From the NCBI RefSeq assembly GCF_964194025.1, contig NC_134468.1, forward strand, positions 22,878,001 through 22,942,000: a stretch of 64,000 nucleotides of DNA, in the 5' to 3' direction. Under the pieces are notes generated by a model, which searched no databases, was not told the DNA's origin, and saw nothing but the letters and a program-made list of their open reading frames with translations. Positions 60,001 through 64,000 of this stretch are shown here, piece after piece. Position 1 is the first letter of the stretch. Each line of letters opens with the position of its first letter. The stretch comes from Convolutriloba macropyga (taxonomy: Eukaryota). The position numbers were made by a program, and so were the translations under genes.

Positions 60001-62420
60001 GGGATAAACCCATAAAGCCCATTTTTAGATGCCCGCTATTTGAACGTCGTTCCTATTAGTCTTAGTTACCATCTCTAATGCTTATTGGTATTGATAGTAG
60101 CCCCTGTAGCCTCTCTCTAAGAAACAGAAGTTTGTTCAACTACGAAATGCCATCAAAATAAATCGGACTTAAAAAATATTTTTGTACAAAAATCTTTTTT
60201 TTTTCAATATATTCCATTCGTTCAATCCCAATCATGCTTATTGGAATCAACGGCGGCTATTTTCCGGCAATCTGCCGGGTATGTTTCTAGTGGAATGTAA
60301 TAACTTCTAATGAGGTCATTTGAAGCGCCCCTTAGTGAATTTAGTTGTCCCAGATCCCCCGCCCCCTCGAATAAAGCAGGCTGCAATAGATTCGAACTCC
60401 CACTAGTTCGAGAGCAATTCGTCCGACGTTAGTTGGTTAATAGCCGCCCTCATCTTCTCAGCCGGCTATTATAGCGTTCCTGTTTTTACAATTCAAAGAG
60501 TTTGAATTGTATTGGGGCGCTGTCTTTTTACGACTCGAAGAGGAGTATTGGAGAAGTCCTTTTTTTTAATCAATTTTATTGGAGTGATTTTTGAAGCGGG
60601 AAATGAAACGCGTGAAAAAATTTTGGCGCTGAACAAAAATGAAGAGCGGAGCGAAAAGAGAGCGAGAAATTGATGTGTGAAAAAATTTTCTCTAAGCGAA
60701 CGAAATTTTTTTGTTCACGTGCGGCATTTTAAAGCAGTTTTTTCATTTATTTTGGTTAAGAGATTTGTTTATGATTTTGTTTTAATTTTAGGCTGGTTTC
60801 GGTAGTCGTTTGAAGGTTTTTGGAAATTAATATGAATTTTATGATAAGTCGGAGGTTTTTAATGTATTTTGCTGATTTTCGGGCTAATTTTTGCGTTTTT
60901 TTGACGATTATTTTGTTTTACTGGCTCAAATGGGTATTGAAGAAACCCCTTCTACTTGAGCAATTTTATGATAACAGTTGGTTACAGTTTTGTGCGTAAG
61001 AATCATTTTTTGTTGAGAAATATGACAAAAAATGGCGAAAATTGGAACTATTTTTCTTAATTTTTTGCAGTTTTTCGTGTTTTAAGCTAAATTACTTTGC
61101 CTATTATGGCTTGCCTATTGTTTTGCGAGCGTCTGGATGCCCTATTGGCTGAAGGGAATTTTTATTTGGATTTATATGTTTTTGAAATATTAAAAACTTT
61201 GGTAACTTTTTCCAGTTTTTCAGTGAAAGTTGTTTTCAAGAGCTTTTTTTTTTCTAATTTTAGCCTAAAGTATTTTTTCAAAATTCACATAAGTTGTTTT
61301 TGTAATTACTAGTTCTTTTTATGAAGTTATTTTGTCAGAGATAGTTTTTTCGGGATCTCAATTTTTATAACAAAATTTGATCAGATTTTTTATCATATTT
61401 TAACAGATTTTATTTTATTGTTTTTACTTTTTTGTTTCATGACTTTGTTTCAACATAATCATAAATTAGTGAAGGCACGTTTTGTTTGATGAGTAGTTGG
61501 ATGGCGTTTAAATGGATGTTCACTTCGAGTCGTCAACGGAATTCTTCCGGCTATGTTTTTTTTAAGATCTGTTCACACATTTTCATGATTTTTGAAGTCA
61601 AATTGTTGTAGTGATTTTGGTCACGCCGAAACAGGAAGTGGAGCGAAAAGGCGAGTGGTTTTGTGGCGTGAAATTTTTTGCTCCAAATTTAAAGTAGAGT
61701 GAGAAAACGGCGTTTGAACAAAAATTCGCTTTCTCGCTAGTGGTTTTTTGTTCACATGCGGCAATTTCGCTTTGATTTTATCTGTTTTTTCGATTTTTTC
61801 GATCGGATTTTCTAATTGGTTTTTCTAATCCATTCATAGTCCTTTCTAGGTCTAGTTTTCTGTTTAGTCAATGAAAATTCTTTGAATTGTACGTCAGGAC
61901 TTGTCCTGCTATGTTTTTTTTTTTTTTTACTTCGAACTTTTTTTTCGCTTTACCCATTTTGCCGCTTTTTCGACATTTTTCGTGAAATCTTTTCGACTTC
62001 TCTAGGCTAGTTTCACTCATTTGTCATTCTGCTCAAAGTCCTTTTAAAGAGCTGCTGCTCAGCAAAGCAATCCAAAATGAAGAGAGTTAGTATAAAAAAA
62101 TCAAAGTCGGAAATAGAAACGGGATAAACCCATAAAGCCCATTTTTAGATGCCCGCTATTTGAACGTCGTTCCTATTAGTCTTAGTTACCATCTCTAATG
62201 CTTATTGGTATTGATAGTAGCCCCTGTAGCCTCTCTCTAAGAAACAGAAGTTTGTTCAACTACGAAATGTCATCAAAATAAATCGGACTCAAAAAATGTT
62301 TTGGTACAAAAATCTTTTTTTTTCGGTTTTTGTTGATGTTTTCTTTTCTTTCAATCCCAATAGAGTTATGGGAATCAACGGCGGCTATTTTCCGGCAATC
62401 TGCCGGTTATGTTTACAATT
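57033..62420 (+). mobile_element. Tandem array of three HINE-like family A elements (57033-58131 internally deleted; 58277-60291; 60437-~62420) in the SCAMP intron
   Basis: Each begins TTAATAGCCGCC..CGGCTATT (subTIR + IR) and ends GGCGGCTATT-TT-CCGGCAatcTGCCGG-..atgttt(ctagt); an identical ~145-bp spacer separates the copies. Confidence 0.8.
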
Positions 62421-63070
62421 TTTCCTGACTGCTGAATTAGTTGCTTTTGATGATACATCAAAATTGTCGCTTTCAAGGTGAATTGCTTACGCTGAGATCA
62501 AGGTTTTTTTACAACCACGAATGATTTGTTTACGCTATGTGAAATCTTGCCGAAATGTCGGTTATACGGAGGCTGTTTAGCATTATTCCTACAGAAAAGT
62601 GATGTGCTTCAGTTTTTGAAGGGATTTAATTCCATCTATTCTTTTGTCTTTGTGAGAGCGTAGCTGGAAGAAGAACTCTCAGACTTCAGAACATTCTATA
62701 CTAGCCTTTTGTTTAATAGTCTCTCGTTAATTTTCTTTTTCATCTGATATCACATACTTCCTGTTCGGTGTCAATCATCTCTTTGAATTTTCCCATTAGA
62801 GCAATTAAGTCACTGAGCCCTGTGAAGTTACTTAAAATAGATATTATTGTTCCGACCCTTTTTAGTGGGGGAGGAACTATTAACTCAATGGAGTTTTTTT
62901 ATTCAGTCAGTTTTCGCCGATCGATTTAATCATTTTACAGGATTGCGAGTGGTATCATTAGAAAGCTTGTCAAGCGTAGAATTACAAACTAGATTTTTTT
63001 GAATTCTGTTTTTTCGAAGGAGTTACGGAGGTTTAACGATTTGTGAACGTTAGCTTAACTTTCGTTTTTT

Positions 63071-63572
63071 GTTAATAGCCGCACAGCGATAGCTGGGGAT
63101 ATTATTGGGCTTCTCTTGGTTTTTTTATTTCGTCTTCATGATTTTTGTTACGACCATATGACGTCACAGCCACTTTTTGTTCATTCGTTCATGCAATTTC
63201 AACTGAATTGCATGTGACGTCATTTTTCGCTCTTAGTGGAGCGAGTTTTTTGTTCATGCGCGTGATTAAATTTTTGGTCACACTTGACTTACCTCACTCT
63301 CAAAAATGACTTCCTCACTTTGAAATTGACTTTTATTTACTTCAATTCAAAGAGATACGGTCAAATGGATGTGTGTCACTCTAAATGAAGGTTATTCGAG
63401 ATCAGCTAATAGAGGCAGCAATAACTTATACAGATTCTTAATCAAAATATAACAGATCAACCTTCAATGAAAAGACGAATTTTTTGGTGTCTTTTTTACT
63501 GTTTTTTTTAGACTGCCGATCTACGAATCTATTGCGGCTATTTTCTGGCATTCTGCCAGCTATGTTTCATTT
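63071..63572 (+). mobile_element. Related short HINE-like element
   Basis: 5' ttaatagccgca; 3' tgcggctatttt-ctggcattctgccag hairpin-ctatgttt. Confidence 0.65.
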
Positions 63573-64000
63573 TTCCCGTAACTTTTGCTTAAGTTTGATC
63601 AATTCTTGCTAAAATGTGGTTAAATTATCAACTATAGTCTAATTTTGCTTACGATTAAAGATAGAAGATAGTTGGGGAATTGTTTGAATTAACTGTTTTG
63701 GCAAAATTTTTGCCGCCCAATTTTTTTTTTGAAAATTTAGCACTTTTTCTCCAGTTTGACCGGTGATGAAGAGATAAAAACTGCTGACACAATCTTCCGC
63801 TACTCACATATCGGCCAATTGAACCTCCGGTTACTACGAAAGTTTTCTGGAGATAACATTTTGTGCCAAAAAAATTGTTACGCAATATTTTTGAACAATT
63901 GCGTTTTTTAACAGCTGTGCAGCGATAGCAAGGCATTTTTTGGTTTCATCATGGAGTTTTTCAATGAAAAATACTTTGGAATGAGTTTTCGGTCTTTTTG

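Noticed and set aside
58851-62481. Phe/Leu-rich short ORFs in the intronic array
   Set aside because: Compositional artefacts of T-rich HINE internal sequence
62930-63010. ttttacAG followed by IASGII as possible SCAMP exon 5
   Set aside because: The phase does not match exon 4 (phase 1), the in-phase translation is not SCAMP-like, and the sequence looks repeat-derived

Overview
AT-rich eukaryotic genomic DNA, most likely from an invertebrate animal: it has GT-AG spliced genes, a 200-N scaffold gap and dense transposon debris. (1) 1-17241 is a decayed endogenous Polinton/Maverick (adintovirus-type) virus. On the minus strand: adenain protease, major capsid, basic core protein, penton, rve integrase, two small conserved ORFs, A32 packaging ATPase, and accessory DEDD-like, HD-motif and PC4-like genes. 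On the plus strand: a protein-primed PolB with vOTU-like and VSR-like domains. It ends in an ACTACTACT terminus at 17241; the left end is not in the window. (2) 20.3-25.5 kb is a tandem duplication of a Penelope-like retroelement whose reverse transcriptase has a complete C4HC3 PHD finger inserted between RT motifs B and C, followed by a minimal hammerhead ribozyme. (3) 30544-33750 is an intact, intronless ~1068-aa gene fusing an EDS1/PAD4-like class-3 lipase, a probable Ig-like domain, a glycine-rich hydrophobic hairpin and a C-terminal TRAFAC GTPase. (4) Host genes: a Tim13-like small Tim, EED/ESC and the first four exons of a SCAMP. (5) BEL/Pao and CRE-like retroelement remnants, MITEs, several local tandem duplications and two families of Helentron-associated (HINE-like) elements, one forming a tandem array in the SCAMP intron. 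All calls are by eye from motifs; no database searches were run.
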